Numbered from the whole stretch's first letter, positions 22,201-35,708 are shown. The stretch is DNA of 59,040 bases, filler included, from Circinaria calcarea (GCA_051942165.1; 4 parts of 4 records of this genome joined end to end with filler, not necessarily neighbours in it); one strand, 5' to 3'. Numbers and translations: made by a program. The notes: generated by a model from the letters alone, not told the origin.

Positions 22201-25200
22201 CCGAGACAGAGTCAAACTCTGCAGAATCAAGCCCAAATTCCCAGCATATCCCAGACGATTTCGCAACCTCAAAACCCTGTACCGAATCTTGGACAGAGTT
22301 TGTTTAGCAAACAAAACAAGCCTGGTAGTGCGTTTTCTAATCTCACACCAAACAAATCCAAGAAACCAGTGGAGACAGCAGCAAGTCGTTCGCAGGGCAT
22401 ATTAGCCACACCTACAGCTATTGACAGAGCGACTCTGCTAAAATCGTCCATCAAACACACACAATCATCCTCATCTCCATTTACTGCCACGACCAAGGCT
22501 GTTGGAGCGTCTCAAGCCAGCAGATCTACTGAGCCGGTAGTCAGTGGGTCGTCAACCGCAACACCTCGAAAGGCAGTACAATTTACTCCTAAGGTGTCAA
22601 CCGCGAAGCCGGCATCTAAATCAGGCGATATCACTGGGCCAGCAGCTAACAAACAGAGCGTTGTACCAGCTGGGAATGCAGTACAATCTACTTCCACGAC
22701 GTTGATATCTTCTCTAATACCTTCAAACCAGGATCAGCTTACAACGCTGATTCCGCCGACTATTCCCAACCATTTTTCAGAAGGACAAATTCAATCTTTT
22801 GTTGTAGGGTACCGACTTCGATCGCTCGATGTTGGATTGAAGAAGCACGTAATGCAAACCGACTCCTTTTCGGCAGACTCTCTAGTGATGGGGTTTCATG
22901 CGAAGACTAAGGAAGCTATCCTCGAGGCAGATGCTTCACCGCTTTCAGTGGTAGGCGTAAAGAGGAGATCCATTGATGGTCGTACCGATGAACCCCAACC
23001 TCAAGCCAAGCGTATCAACGTGAATGGTCCTGTGTCGGATGGTCCTGGTGCAAAGCGACCAATGTTCAATCTCCCAAGTAGCAAGAGGAAGGCCGATGAG
23101 ATTGCCACCAAAGAATCTGCGAACGGTACTGTCGATAGTGGGAAGAAAGCCCGCGGGAACGAAGAGGTTTCTTATCCTGCACTTCGCCAGTCTGAGGAAT
23201 CAAAGACGTCTAAGATGTTCGCGAGTATCGCAAACGATGTTCCAAACAAACCAATCCCGAAACCCTTCCCACTGAGTAGTAGCATCACTACCTCTAGCTC
23301 TCCTACTTTGGGAGGAAGCAGCACCGGAGATTCGAGTAATAAAACGACGTCTTCGGTCAATCCTAAGAGTAATAAACCAATTTCTTTTGTCACTACTCCG
23401 ACAAAGCACCCAGTACTGACATTCAGTACAGCTATGGCATCATTATCTGCAGAGACTAATCCGTCGACGGCCAAAGTAAACCTTGATAGCAGCAGCAGCA
23501 TATCGTCTAGTGGACCGTCTAAACCGCCGGTATTCAGCGTCTCCAGCTCTACCGGTAGTAGTATCTCATCAAACTCGACCAATCCACCCGCATTTCAGGT
23601 GCCTAAATTTGGCGCGATCTCAAGCTCTGCTGGTAGTGGTGTGTCATCGAGTTCGACCAATCCACCTGCAATACAAGTGCCTAAATTTGGTGCGATCGGT
23701 GGTAGTAGTTTCATGGCTCAATTTGGTAAGAAAGCAGAGGAGGACGCACAGAAGGAGAAAGCGAAGCGAAAGGCCGAAGAGTTCGACTCTGATGAAGATG
23801 ATGAAGCAGAATGGGAGCGTCAGGATGCGGAAAAACAGCGTGCCAAGAAGCAAAAGCTGGAGGAAACGGCAGAATCGGCCAAGAACAATACGTTCAAGTT
23901 TAACGCTATCAAGACCTCTTCTATATCCGGTCAGAGCTCAGACTCACAGTCCACTGATAGTCTTAGACCCAACTCGAATCCCGGTATATCTACTACACCA
24001 GAAGGTTCACCAGTTAAGTCCTCGACCTCCTCTATTCCTATCACATCTACATCATCCAAATCCTTTGGAGAATCCGTTTTTTCGAATGCGAACCCATCGG
24101 GTTCGCAGAGCAATGTGCGCGAGGACAACATCTTTGGGAAATACAGTAATCCTACATCAGATATCGAAGGTAGCAAGACTGGTAACGCCGATGACGAAGA
24201 GAGTGACGTGAGTGACTACGATGATGATGGGGGACCTCAAGATGGTGGAGCGGGGTTGAAACCGAGTATGACCAATCCATTTCATTTGTCTACCTTACCT
24301 TATCAAGGTCCCAAGCTTACATGGTTAGCTCAAGGAAGTCCCAAGGTAGCATCACGGAGCCTTTTCGATCGTATAGAAAAGGACGGACAGGGTAATCCAA
24401 AACGAGACACTGAGCCAGCAGAAGAGAAGAATTCTGAAGGGAAAGGGCCCGGAAACCCCGAAAACCCCTTCACCAAGTCTTCGGACGGACAGAAGACTAG
24501 TGATCTCCCTGCTAAATCGACTCCTAATGGAGGAAGCAATCTGTTCGGTCAGCAATCATCGTCGGGATCTGGCTTCAAAGGTTTCGGCGCTAGCACCAGC
24601 TCATTTGCTGACAAGACTTGGAAACCCGAGAGTCCGATTAAGTTCCGAGATGCAGACGTCGCTACCAGTCCTAGCGACACGGTAACTACTCCTAAAACAA
24701 CTCTCACGGAACAGAAAGGTAGTCCTGCCTCCGGTTTTACTAGCCTGTTTGGAGCTCCTAAGCCTGGCATAACCGATACCTCCGGCAAGTCGCTTTCAAA
24801 TATCTTTGGAAATACACCGACCAAAGCCCCAAGCTCGATTGTTGGTTTCGGATTTGGAGGACCACCTAAGCCATTCACAGCGAATTCGCTAGCAGTGCCA
24901 ACTCCATTCGGATCGAACGCTACATCCCGAGCTACTTCACCTGGTGCTACTACTGGTGGTGAGAGTGCCAACGAATCAAATGCAGAAGCGGCCGAGGATG
25001 TAGTGGAGCATCATGAACAGGTCAACCTGACTGCTGGTCCAGAGGAGCAAGAGGAGAGTAATCTTTTCGAAGTTGAAGCCAAGGCTTTTGAACTCGATGC
25101 AGAGAAGAAGTGGGTCGTCAAAGGCGTTGGACGGCTAAAAGTTATGAAGCACCGTCAATCGTCAAAGACCAGGATACTGATGAGAATGAACCCTGGTGGC

Positions 25201-25389
25201 AAGATTATTCTGAACGCCGCTTTGATGAGTAACATGACATATGAGCACGTATCAGGCCGGAAGAAGGATTCGGTGAGATTTGGAGCTGCGACCGGTGCTG
25301 GTAACCTCACCTCATGGTTAGTTCAACCTTCAGCGATGGAGGACGCGGAGGAACTGGCCAAAGTGCTTGAGGAGAATAAATCAAATTAG
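19235..25389 (+). CDS. NUP2: Nup2/Nup50-like nucleoporin with FG repeats and C-terminal RanBP1-type domain
   Basis: Exon 1 19235-19359 MSKRAA...RATASQMARRK resembles the Nup2/Nup50 N-terminal importin-alpha binding motif. Introns 19360-19775 and 19819-19872. Many FG motifs, KRKAEEFDSDEDDEAEWER, and RanBD-like EEQEESNLFEVEAKAF..W..KGVGRLKVMKH..KTRILMR..PGGKIILNA. Confidence 0.8.
21440..21910 (+). repeat. ~60-nt coding repeat QQQQSQPSSSVFGQ(FPN/NTN)
   Basis: About 8 units of CAGCAGCAACAATCTCAGCCxAGCxCGAGTGTCTTTGGTCAG. Confidence 0.85.
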
Positions 25390-26779
25390 AGCAATTTTCA
25401 AGGGGCTTTTTGGGGCATTGAAGGGAGTACTTGGCGTTTTGGTTTGGCATTTCCGGCATTTCCGGTCAGTCATTAAAGCGACCTGAGTCTATGAGAGCAA
25501 GACTCTGGTTGCGAGGCATTCCGAGCATACAGCGTCGATTTCATTCCGGCGAACGCTTTGTCCGTCCACGAAAGCGTTCACTTCATCCATCCACGGTTGG
25601 TCCCCACAAGGGAGTCGGCCGATTACGATCGCATCCATACAATCAGTGTTTCTGCTCCAAGGGTACATTAATCGATCCTCACAGGACTTTCTACACGCAA
25701 CACGTGTATCATATGACGGTTTCTACGTTCAACGGAGAGTTGCACCATCTCGAGGTTTACAGCAAAAGATGTCAGATCAACATGCATCGAGAGATTATTC
25801 AGCTCTTCCACTGTACAATTTTGCAGCCAAAACGATACATACTTGTCCAAATTCTCGGCATCCGGTACGTCAATTCTGCCTGCCTTTCGTCATTCAATAC
25901 AACCGTACATCCACTCGACTATCCTACATAGCACAGCAATCAGCATTGAATCTCATCAACATTCAGGACAACCACCCTCTTCGCACCAACACAACACTCC
26001 ATCTCGACTTTCCCTAACCGACAAACTAATTACTTCTTCACTCTGCACTAACACTAACATGTCAATTATCATCTCATTCCTCTATCACTCGAATGTGGGC
26101 AGCCACAGCAGTTACGACCTAACATCTACCGGTTGTGGGCAAGTCTTTGGACTTTCGACCTAACGGATTAGGCTTTGGGCAATTGCTGTGTCTTCGACCT
26201 GTCGGGTATAGTAGGCCTTGGGATGTAGTATCTGGTGGACGGAATTCTGAGGTGATTTGTCTGGAAGAAGCGTGGATCGGTGGATTTTGGCAACTGGTAT
26301 TGGTAAAGGAAGGGTGGAATAAACTTGAGGGGACTTGGGAGCAAATGCGGAATGGGTGTTGGTAATATGGAAGGTAAATTGTTTGTACTTTGTGATCATG
26401 GGACCTTGCGTTAATTGTGTGGGAAGCGAGGAAGCTGCTTCTTGTTCTTCTTCTTCCTTCTTCTTCTTCTTTTGTTGATATGGGGATTGGGAACACTATG
26501 GCCCTCGGGGACTTTTCATGTACGCAAAAGTGAAGACTAGGGATCCTGTAATCAGCTTTTCATTGGAATAATTCTTCTTTTCAACAATCAAGTGCATGCC
26601 ATGCCATGGGATGATGTGACTGTGATAATGATCGTACTTTCGCTGTGGAATACTCCTCTGGAACCAAATCTTAACGTGACAGGGGTTATTATCTTATTTG
26701 CTTCTATATTGGTCATGCCAGGCATCATTCACAGCTAGTCATACTAATTGGTAAAACGAGATGATTTGTCTACCTATGC

Positions 26780-27463
26780 CTATTTCTTAGCCACAGTGTT
26801 GGCAAGGTCAGCTAGAGCTTCCTTTCGCTTGAAACGAGCATCTTCAATCACCCCTATGCACTGTTAGTCAGTGTCTTCATAACAGGGGCCACAGACACCT
26901 ACCAGCATCGGCGTCAGACGAGAAATGCGCAGACCATTGCACGAACGTTGACCCTTCCTTCGCCCCGGATGTTACAGCAAAGCATCGGATGGTGGAGATG
27001 ACGCTGGAGTAGCTTAGAGCAGGAGTGCTGGCAATGACGCTATAGGTGATGTAGTGGTCGATGGTCTACCGGATGTCAGTGTCTCTTCTGCTTCAAGGCC
27101 TGATGAGTAGGAATTAAGCATAGGCGCTAACAGGAAATCTAGGACAAGCACAACTGACAAAAGAATACGTGGGAATATTATATGAGCAGGATTAATATAC
27201 ATGCCGCTGACTTCCTTAACAATCAGGCTCTTGGTACATACCGAATGTTCCTCCTGCTTCACGTCCAATTCCGTCCCATCCTTAAAGGTCCACTTGACTA
27301 CATCTGTTTCTGGAGATGTTCCCTTGATATGCTCGCTCTTTGACAGCTTGGTCCAGAAGTTGGGGAAGTCTTGCAACTTGATTAGATGCCAAACCTGGGA
27401 GAGTGGAGCTTCAATGACGGCTGACTCCGTAACCGAAGTCGAAGTTGGAATAGAAGACGACAT
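26780..27463 (-). CDS. Bet v1/SRPBCC (polyketide cyclase/dehydrase-like) protein, 3 exons
   Basis: Introns 27066-27241 and 26854-26902 give MSSSIPTSTSVTESAVIEAPLSQVWHLIK...EEHS|TIDHYITYS...TFVQWSAHFSSDADAG|VIEDARFKRKEALADLA. Confidence 0.85.
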
Positions 27464-27751
27464 TTTTGAAGCGTGATGTCCTAGTTTATCTGGTTGTACT
27501 TTGTCAGGCAAGTAATGAGATTCCCAAGCTGGTTGTCTACGAAGAAGGTAAGTAGGAAAGAGTGAATCTAAAGCAAACGGAGAGGGCAGCGACAACAAAG
27601 CGACGTCATATCATGCAGCTTGGCGGTTAGAGGGGCTTTGACGGCAACTTCATTGAGTTCGCAAAGTAGTCCATGCCAACCATTGCCTACGACATACGGA
27701 CAGTGGAGAACAGTCGGAGTCGTCATCACACTAGACCTTCATCTACCTGCC

Positions 27752-28699
27752 ATGGCTGGCCTTTTAAAGAAACCATTGAAGCTCGCTTTGGTGCAGCTGG
27801 CAACAGGTATTCTGCAACACACATCCCTATGATGTCTCCCTGTATTGAGCATCCTCTCAGGTGCCGACAAGTCCATCAATCTCTCGTGCGCCAGATCAAA
27901 GGTCCTCGAAGCCTCCAAAGCAGGCGCTTCCCTAGTTGTCCTGCCCGAATGCTTCAACTCTCCCTATGGCTGCCAATATTTCCCCTCCTACGCCGAGACC
28001 CTCTTCCCTTCCCCACCGACCAAAGACCAATCCCCAACATTCCACGCTCTCTCTTCTCTCGCGAAAGAATCAAAAGCATACCTGCTCGGCGGAAGTATTC
28101 CCGAATACGTTCCCTCCACCAAGAAATACTACAATACCTCCCTGCTCTTCTCGCCCGAAGGAACCCTTCTAGCAACCCACCGAAAAGTCCATCTCTTTGA
28201 TATCGACATTCCAGGCAAAATCACTTTTAGAGAATCAGATGTCCTTTCCCCCGGTAACAAACTCACCCTCGTGGATGTCCCTCCCTACGGCAAAATCGCC
28301 CTCGCAATCTGCTACGATATTCGCTTCCCCGAACTCGCCACCATCGCCGCTCGCAAAGGATGTTTTCTGCTCCTGTACCCCGGCGCCTTCAACCTCACTA
28401 CCGGTGCCCTGCACTGGGCACTTCAAGCACGAGCACGAGCTATGGATAACCAGGTCTACGTGGCTTTGTGCAGTCCGGCACGGGATATGGAGGCGTCGTA
28501 CAATGCGTGGGGACATAGCATGGTGGTTGACCCGAATGCGAAGGTGTTGGTGGAGGCCGGAGAGAAGGAGGAGATTGTATATGCAGAGCTGGAGGAGGGG
28601 AAGATTGAGGAGACGAGGAAGGGGATTCCACTGTACACGCAGAGGAGGTTTGATGTGTATCCGGATATCAGTAAAGGGGATGTCAAGTATGAGGAGTAG
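27752..28699 (+). CDS. NIT3: Carbon-nitrogen hydrolase, omega-amidase (NIT3/NIT2-like), 2 exons
   Basis: Exon 1 MAGLLKKPLKLALVQLATG, intron 27807-27860. Catalytic triad contexts LPECFNSPY (E), HRKVHLFDIDIPG (K) and ICYDIRFPE (C); GAFN..TG..HW; ARAMDNQ. Confidence 0.88.
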
Positions 28700-29528
28700 A
28701 TAGCAGGTGAATATGATTTACGATACCATTGTCTGAATTTGCTCCGTTCCTGCTTGGTTAACCTAAATGTGCTTCTGACTTTCGCACAGACTGTCCGATT
28801 TCGAACTCTATTCCTAGTTTACCAAAGCCTTAGTAGCAGGCAATAACGGCCCACGTTCCTTCCCCTCCCTCCCATCTATCTTGGAAACATCCAACAATGT
28901 CACTTTCAACAGCCACGATCCCCTGCACCCCTATTCCCACCAGCGTCACAATTCATAGTCCAACCCGTACCATCCACCTCCAAACCCCTCTTTCGCTTAC
29001 CGAAGTCGAGAGAGTGGTTCGAGAAACGTGGGTCGCAACTTTATCGGATTCGTTTGCTAATACGCTGAGGCAACTTCCCAACGGAGCAGAGCGCCGAGCG
29101 CAAAGTATCACCTCCCCGACCTCCCTCCCAACCATCCAGATCCACAGCGCTCAGCTACCATGGCAGGTCCCTTCTCCCGCAAAATTTTCCCCGTAGTTCT
29201 AGCAGAACATACCCTAGCCCTCGAGCTAGAAAATCCATGTCGCACGCGAACGGCGAGCGCAGCGACTCGCCAAAACCCTATCTCCGCATCTTCGACAACA
29301 TGGCAATCCCCTGGGAAGTGAAATCGATGAAACACCCGATACGGTGGATGATGTTGCGGAAAGAGTGGAAGGTTAGAAGAGGGCTTTGAGGTTATGGCTG
29401 TTAGGCTGAAGAAGTTGAGTGGGAGTCTTGGGTTGATGGTGGAGAGGTTAGAGGGGGAGGAGGAGGGAAGCGGGAGGGATGTAGGTGCAGATGGGTGAGG
29501 GTGGAGAAGGGGAAGTAGAGGCAGAAGG

Positions 29529-29628
29529 NNNNNNNNNNNNNNNNNNNNNNNNNNNNNNNNNNNNNNNNNNNNTTAATTAATTAANNNNNNNNNNNNNNNN
29601 NNNNNNNNNNNNNNNNNNNNNNNNNNNN
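29529..29628. other. Assembly gap with artificial six-frame-stop linker
   Basis: 44 N + TTAATTAATTAA + 44 N. Confidence 0.97.
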
Positions 29629-29780
29629 TGTATTTGGGCGTTTAGATCTGCAAGAGCTGAATCAATTGAGGCCATATTGGTGGAGTAATGATTTTTTGAA
29701 ATGGGGGGTGGAATGCGGGGAAAATGCGGCATCGGTCCGGATGCGGCATAGCTCAGGGATATCTGGTAACGTTGTAACGT
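29629..29780 (-). mobile_element. 5' end of a pogo/Fot1-like DNA transposon, transposase start truncated by gap
   Basis: ATG at 29675 reads MASIDSALADLNAQI, resembling fungal Fot1/pogo transposase N-termini. Upstream lies an ACGT-starting terminus with an internal direct repeat (ATGCCGCA twice), as in Tan1/Fot1-type TIRs. Only 15 codons visible. Confidence 0.5.
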
Positions 29781-30779
29781 TGAAGGGGGGGAAGGTATAT
29801 TACGCAGAATCCTCACGATTTTCAAATGGGATTTGCTGTGTCTGTGGTGAAGGATTTTATAATTACCATACTGCGCTTTATTTTCCCGCACATTCCAACC
29901 ACGGCACTTCCTAGTGACCTGCCTCACTTGTTCCGTTGGTGTTTAGACAGTTGTGAGATGTAGAATTGCGAAAGAAAGATTTTTTCGGTGTTTGGTAGCC
30001 GCAAGCGATATTTTGTCGTCATATGGATCTCTGGTTTTTCAACAACTGGAACCCTTTTTGGATTTTTTTTAAAACGTATCTTTCCGATATTCAATACGAT
30101 ATAATCATTGCGCATGTAAACGGATTATTTGCAAATAGAGTCTAATTTGTGGTTTTTTTAAAAAAAATCGCTGATTCAAGCGCCTCAAACTGAGCTCTCA
30201 TTTGTTAAGAAAAAAAGAAAAAAAAAGGCACACAGTATTGGTGAGTGTATCCGAAACTGTAAGCGTAAAGAGGTGGGGGGATCGGGTTTGAAGATTCCCA
30301 CGTGATCTCGGTTTTCGCTTAGGACCCTTTTTTTTCGATCTTGGCACTTATTATTTTATTAATTCCAACTTTTTACGATTTGACCCCTTTAGGCCGAAAG
30401 CTTAGCGGGCATGACTAAGAAAATCTGCTAAATTTGGGTATTGCTCCAGACCTTTCCGCTGCTATGAGAATACCACATCGGTGATATACTATGGGTCAAG
30501 CTTTGATTTGACGCAAAGAAATTCAATTGGTGCGTGCCCTGCCACGAAGATTGCACATACACTTCTGTTTTGCAGCCTCGTCCTTTGACCAAAATCTAGA
30601 TTACTAGCTAACTTAGTATAACTTCCCAGGCATCTCCTGAAGTACTTCCGCACCTATCCTGATAGCCTAACCAAGAAGACGACTCGAAAACTCCCACTCT
30701 CAACCTAGCCGACTCTGAAATATCCCTCGCCCCAATTGCTTCGGAGGTGACCTCCATTCGGGAAACTCGAGTTGCCATC

Positions 30780-31874
30780 ATGAGTTCAGAGCTTGGCTCC
30801 GTCCTCGTTGTCGGCGGTTGCGGCTTCCTGGGCCATCATATTGTCTCTCAACTTTTGGAAAACCACGTCAAGGTCTCGGTGCTCGACCTCCGGACCACCC
30901 GTAATCGCATTGCTTCGGTGTCTTACTACGATGGAGACATCACCTCTGTCGCAGCGGTTCAGTTTGTCCTCGAGAACGTCAAACCTCAGGTCATCATTCA
31001 TACAGCTTCTCCTGTTGTAGAATCAGGAAACACCGCTCTCTATTATAAGGTCAACGTCGAAGGAACACGGAATCTGCTGGAATGTGCTGGCAAGTTCGGG
31101 GGTGTCAGGGCATTTGTCTACACATCCAGCGCCTCTGTTGTTGATGACTCTGTTAGCGATCTCATAGATGTCGATGAACGCTTACCGATTCTACGAAGCC
31201 CACAGCAGAGGGAAATCTACTCACTCACCAAGGGTATCGCTGAGGACATTGTCTTGGCCGCCAACCGCAAGTACGACAGCATGTTAACGGTCTCGATACG
31301 CCCAGCCGGCATCTTCGGAGAGGGGGATAATCAAATGCTACCGCCAATGCTGAATGCGTATGAGACAGGCAAGACCAAGTTTCAGCTGGGAAATAACACA
31401 AACCTTTTCGACTTCTCGTATGTGGGAAACGTGGCACACGCGCACATACTTGCTGCAAGGGAGCTGATACGAGCCTCCATGAGATCGGTACCCCTTCCAG
31501 CTCACAAAGTTGTAGAAGGTGAAGCGTTTTTCGTTACGAACGACGAACCCTACCGCTTCTGGGACTTCACGCGTGCTCTCTGGCGCGCTGCAGGCGACAA
31601 GACCAAGCCGGAGGCTGTATGGGTCATACCAAAGCAGTTGGGTTTATTCCTTGCCACTATGATAGAATGGTTGGTCTGGCTGTTCACGTTTGGAAGAAAG
31701 GAGCCAAGCTTAACGAGGAAGAAGGTCAGGTTCAGCTGCATGAACAGGACCTTCCGCATTGACAAGATCAAAAGTAGGCTGGGTTATAAACCTCTCATCA
31801 ACATGAGCGAGGCTGTCGAGAGGAGTGTGCAATGGTTCGAAAGGGAGAAGTCGAAAGACAAAAAGGCGAAATGA
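30780..31874 (+). CDS. ERG26: Sterol-4-alpha-carboxylate 3-dehydrogenase (decarboxylating), ERG26/NSDHL family, copy A
   Basis: Intronless 364 aa. VVGGCGFLG Rossmann motif, IHTASP, VNVEGT, YTSSASV, YSLTK (YxxxK), IRPAGIFGEGD, FQLGNNTNLFDFSYVGNVAHAHILAA, GEAFF, RLGY.P; C-terminal KKAK ER-retrieval signal. Confidence 0.9.
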   Translation: MSSELGSVLVVGGCGFLGHHIVSQLLENHVKVSVLDLRTTRNRIASVSYYDGDITSVAAVQFVLENVKPQVIIHTASPVVESGNTALYYKVNVEGTRNLLECAGKFGGVRAFVYTSSASVVDDSVSDLIDVDERLPILRSPQQREIYSLTKGIAEDIVLAANRKYDSMLTVSIRPAGIFGEGDNQMLPPMLNAYETGKTKFQLGNNTNLFDFSYVGNVAHAHILAARELIRASMRSVPLPAHKVVEGEAFFVTNDEPYRFWDFTRALWRAAGDKTKPEAVWVIPKQLGLFLATMIEWLVWLFTFGRKEPSLTRKKVRFSCMNRTFRIDKIKSRLGYKPLINMSEAVERSVQWFEREKSKDKKAK

Positions 31875-33585
31875 AAATAATCATCCCCAGTAGCGGACAA
31901 TAGAGCTCTATAAAGCCAATGTTAGCGGTGGTTATCCCCAGGCCGGACAGGCGTACCTGAAAACAGTGCGATGACCATAGGGCCGGCAGCGTTTCCAAGA
32001 ACGTACACAGATAATACAAATGAGGCGAGGGCTAGGCTGGTGGATCCGAACTCGGTCATGAGCTGGGGCACGCTGGGAGCAAACAATGAGGAGGCGAGTC
32101 ATCTGTCATTTTAAATCAGTATATCGACAGTGAGTGTGTGGTATTGAGTCCCGTACATAGGTGATTAATGTCATGGCTGCAAAGATCGCGATCAGGAGCC
32201 ATTTTTCTCTGGCTTCCAGTTGAGCGCTATGTCTGGGTCTCAGGGGCCGTTGAAATCCACGGTGTCAAAATCGGGAACCTCCAGTGCGTATGGATAACCA
32301 AGCGCAGCCTTTCTGTCACACTGCATGTCGTTTCTGTACTGTATCTATGCCTGAGACTATGCTGTAAGATAGTTGGAGGAAACAGTGTTTTTGAAATCAA
32401 TCCAAATTTGTTCTTCTTTCCCGAATCATCTGGGCCTTCGAACGGTTGCAATTGGTGCTTTGGTTGCTCAGATAAGCGGGATTGTTCGTAAAGCCAGCCC
32501 TCAAACAGCTTAATCGAAGTATTCTGGAAGAGCAGGTACCGAGCTGTCGAGCCAGAGGAGTAACATTATCCAAAGGCATATGCCGGGAGCAGCGACGATG
32601 GCCAAATTACTGGCGAGTGAGCGGGGGACTTCCCAGAGCCTCGGAGCAGACATCACGCCTTCGATCGAGACCTTCGGGACACAGAAGCGAAATGTACAGA
32701 GTAAGAGAACCGTATCAGCGTGAGGAATAGCGGCAGTCACCACTTGCACAGCGCCAAATTGAACCCTCTCAAAACTCAGGACATGGCGTGTCAATGGAGA
32801 AAGGGAAACGCGGGGCCACCACTATGACCCATATGCGTTTTGCCACAAATGGGAGACAATGCCTGTGTACGGTGGGAGGAAGGCTAATGACGCAACGCCA
32901 TGGTAAATCTGGGAATGATCCGAGCGGCCACTAGCGGCCGTTACGCGTTGAACCCAATTTTAGTGATAGCCCCTCCTGGTTTCGATTGCCACTACAACTG
33001 TGGGGCTAGTCCAGTCACATATGCAGCTGCAGCAAGGGTATTCGCATTTGGGACTTTAGGGCATACGTAATAGAGCTAAACTTTAGGGTGGAAGATCGGC
33101 TTGGCTAATGCGTTTAACGCTCCTTTCATGGCGGAAGTGGGGTATCGGATGAAAATACCTCAGCCCTTCTTTCCCCCTTGGGCCCGGGGATAGTGCTCCT
33201 TTGGATCTTATGCGAGTGCGGTGAGCTAGGCACAGCAAGGGAGAGAAAGTTCGGAGAAGAGGCTAGACCGTGCGTACACAAAACCCTACACGCAAGGCAT
33301 CACCGACTCCAGCCGGCCAGATGATGGGATTATCGAGACCTTTCCGGACAATATGCCTTGACCAAAGTTTCATACTGTCCGAAGCTGCCGTGCATGCTTG
33401 GAGCGGGTGTTAAGCCAGGGTTTCCGAAGCTCCATCGTGGGAGCCCGATCTCAGTGGGTGCGCCCGGCGAGCTATAATGCTCCCAGCAATTCGCCTGAAT
33501 AGGATCTTTTCAACAGATAAATGTATTTATCAATATCTTGATTTGATCTTAAGACGGAATAAGAATACTTAGTAAAGTAGCAGAT

Positions 33586-35708
33586 ATGATTCGATATCCG
33601 ATCTTGTCAAGCTTTGTTATTGATGTGCTTTATTCCGGACCACGGTACCTTTTTCTTATTTTAATCCTCTGCACACTATGGTGCTGTGCCAGATCTTACT
33701 TTCGTCGACCGGTAACTTCTACGAATTCATTGGTGTTTTATACGTCGTCTTGTACCTGAGTGCTAATCTCTATAGAGGGGCATTCCCATTATAAGTTACT
33801 CGATATTTGGGGAATGGCTGAGTGGCTTCTACTTCCTCTTTCGCGGCTGCCACATCATCACTCAACACTATGTGCTGAATCCACACAAACCTGTCTCTAA
33901 CGTTCTCAAGGCGAATACTGATGTCGTTGTAGCACAAAGACATTGCATATGCCGTTCCTACGCCGGATAGCTACCTTGTTATGATCTCGAGCAGCAGCCA
34001 TATCAAAGAGCTCAATGCCGCACCTGAAGAAAGACTATCACTTCGTGCGGCAGTAGAGGAGGTTCGCTGCTTCTCATTGTAATAATACTTTGACGGTTAT
34101 GTTGACACAATGAAAGGTATTTCAGTACGAGTATACCTTCAAACTCTTCCCGCGGCAACTACAGCTAGATCAGCCTGCCGGCTCATCGTTTGCTCGCATT
34201 ATTGGGTCTCTTCTACCGCAGTACTTCGCGAAGATACAACCTACAGTCCTCTCAAAGATAGGCGTAGCTTTGGCTGAGGAGATAGAGAGTCAATTGCAAA
34301 CCGATGGTGCGCAGCGTTCATTTATATCCTCGCACAGGGCTAAACAGTTTACAAGGGTGGAGCTGCGTGCCAGTCTATAATATGTTTAAAAGGATATGGG
34401 GGAAGACCAATAGTGTAGCTATGCTTGGAGAGAAAATCTGTGAGGTCTACGGTCCAAGAGGGGTACTTAAGCTGACTTCACGAGAAGCAAACAATTCTAT
34501 GGCAATAGATGCGGCAATACAATATCCCCAAGATATGGTAACTGCAGGAGAGCTTGTGAAGCACGTACCAGCATGGCTTGCGCCGTATGTCATCAAAAAG
34601 TATCTACCCGTTACGTCAAGCTAATTTTCTTAGGGCGCTAGCATCCTTCGCGACGAGAGATCAAGGTGCTGCAAAGACCTTTGTGGACGCCGTTACGCCG
34701 ATTATTGAGGAGAGACTTAAAAGCTCTACTGCCCAATCCAGACCTGAATCTAAGAACGTACGTGGAAGTATTGATATACATCGATATGAGACTATGCGCC
34801 TGATCACCTCTATAGTTCGATGCGATTCAATGGCTAATTGACACATCGCCAAAAAAACATCCGTGGGACATCCAAAGGTTTCAACGAGAAATTCTTGGTA
34901 TGTGGAGTGCCTCGAGCTTTTCACCCCCTCCTGTGAGTGAACCCCATGGGGATGATCGCTAGCCGATTCTGATATTCACGGGCCCAGGTACTGACAAACT
35001 CTTTCTACGATTTATGCCTTCGGCCAGAATACATCAAGCCGCTTCGGGAGGAGGCTGAAAATTTCTTAAAGTCAGATTACGATGATACCGGAGATGATAT
35101 GATGCCCCTGATGGACAGCTTTCTCAGGGAGTCTGCTCGTCTGAATCCTCTCGACAGCAGTAAGTTACGTCTTTGGTCTCGGAACTCTGCTCTACCCAAT
35201 TAATGTGCTTATAGTTTCGGTGCGGCGGAAAGCCACTGTTCCCTTCACGTTCTCTGACGGCATATACATACCGAAAGGTAGCACACTGTGCGTTCCCCAA
35301 CGAGCGATGATGCAACACGAGCAAGACCATCCGTCACCATCCGAGTTCCATGGGTTCCGTTTCACTGCCAGCCATGGAATGCCCGAATATGGAGGCCAGA
35401 TCAAGTTGACGGATGCGAATATTACCTTTCCGATATGGGGACTAGGGAAGCGGCTATGGTGCGTAACTGCCCTGTAGAGCATCACCTAACTGGTTGAATC
35501 ACTAATCCCGTCATCGCGAATTACCAGCCCCGGCAGATTTTACACCTCGATCCTATTCAAAATGATCTTTGCGCTGATTCTGTCACGGTACGACTTCAAG
35601 CTTGCTAACCCTCAAGCATCCCGTACATTCGCATTTCGGACCGCATTGGTACCGCGTTCATCTAACAGAGTTCTCTTCCGGAGGCGTAGTGATTTGCCCT
35701 TTATCTGA
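33586..35708 (+). CDS. Cytochrome P450 monooxygenase A (~10 introns)
   Basis: N-terminal TM (YLFLILILCTLWCC), DAIQWLID, LYDLCLRPEYIKPLREE, MDSFLRESARLNP (ExxR), PFTFSDG, FHGFRF, heme motif WGLGKRL-C-PGRF with the Cys codon split by intron 35459-35527; stop 35706-35708. One donor (GTGCTG, ~33872) is weak. Confidence 0.85.

Noticed and set aside
17817..27463. SCP2 and Bet v1-like lipid-binding genes as members of the sterol cluster
   Set aside because: Different contig, interleaved with a nucleoporin, and both look like ordinary conserved genes.
28897..29390. Small ORF(s) downstream of the amidase
   Set aside because: No consistent spliced model or domain; low-complexity C/G-skewed sequence readily generates ORFs.
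32227..32520. Minus-strand peptide KLFEGWLYEQ resembling a BTB-domain motif
   Set aside because: Too short, with no coherent gene model; at most a decayed relic.
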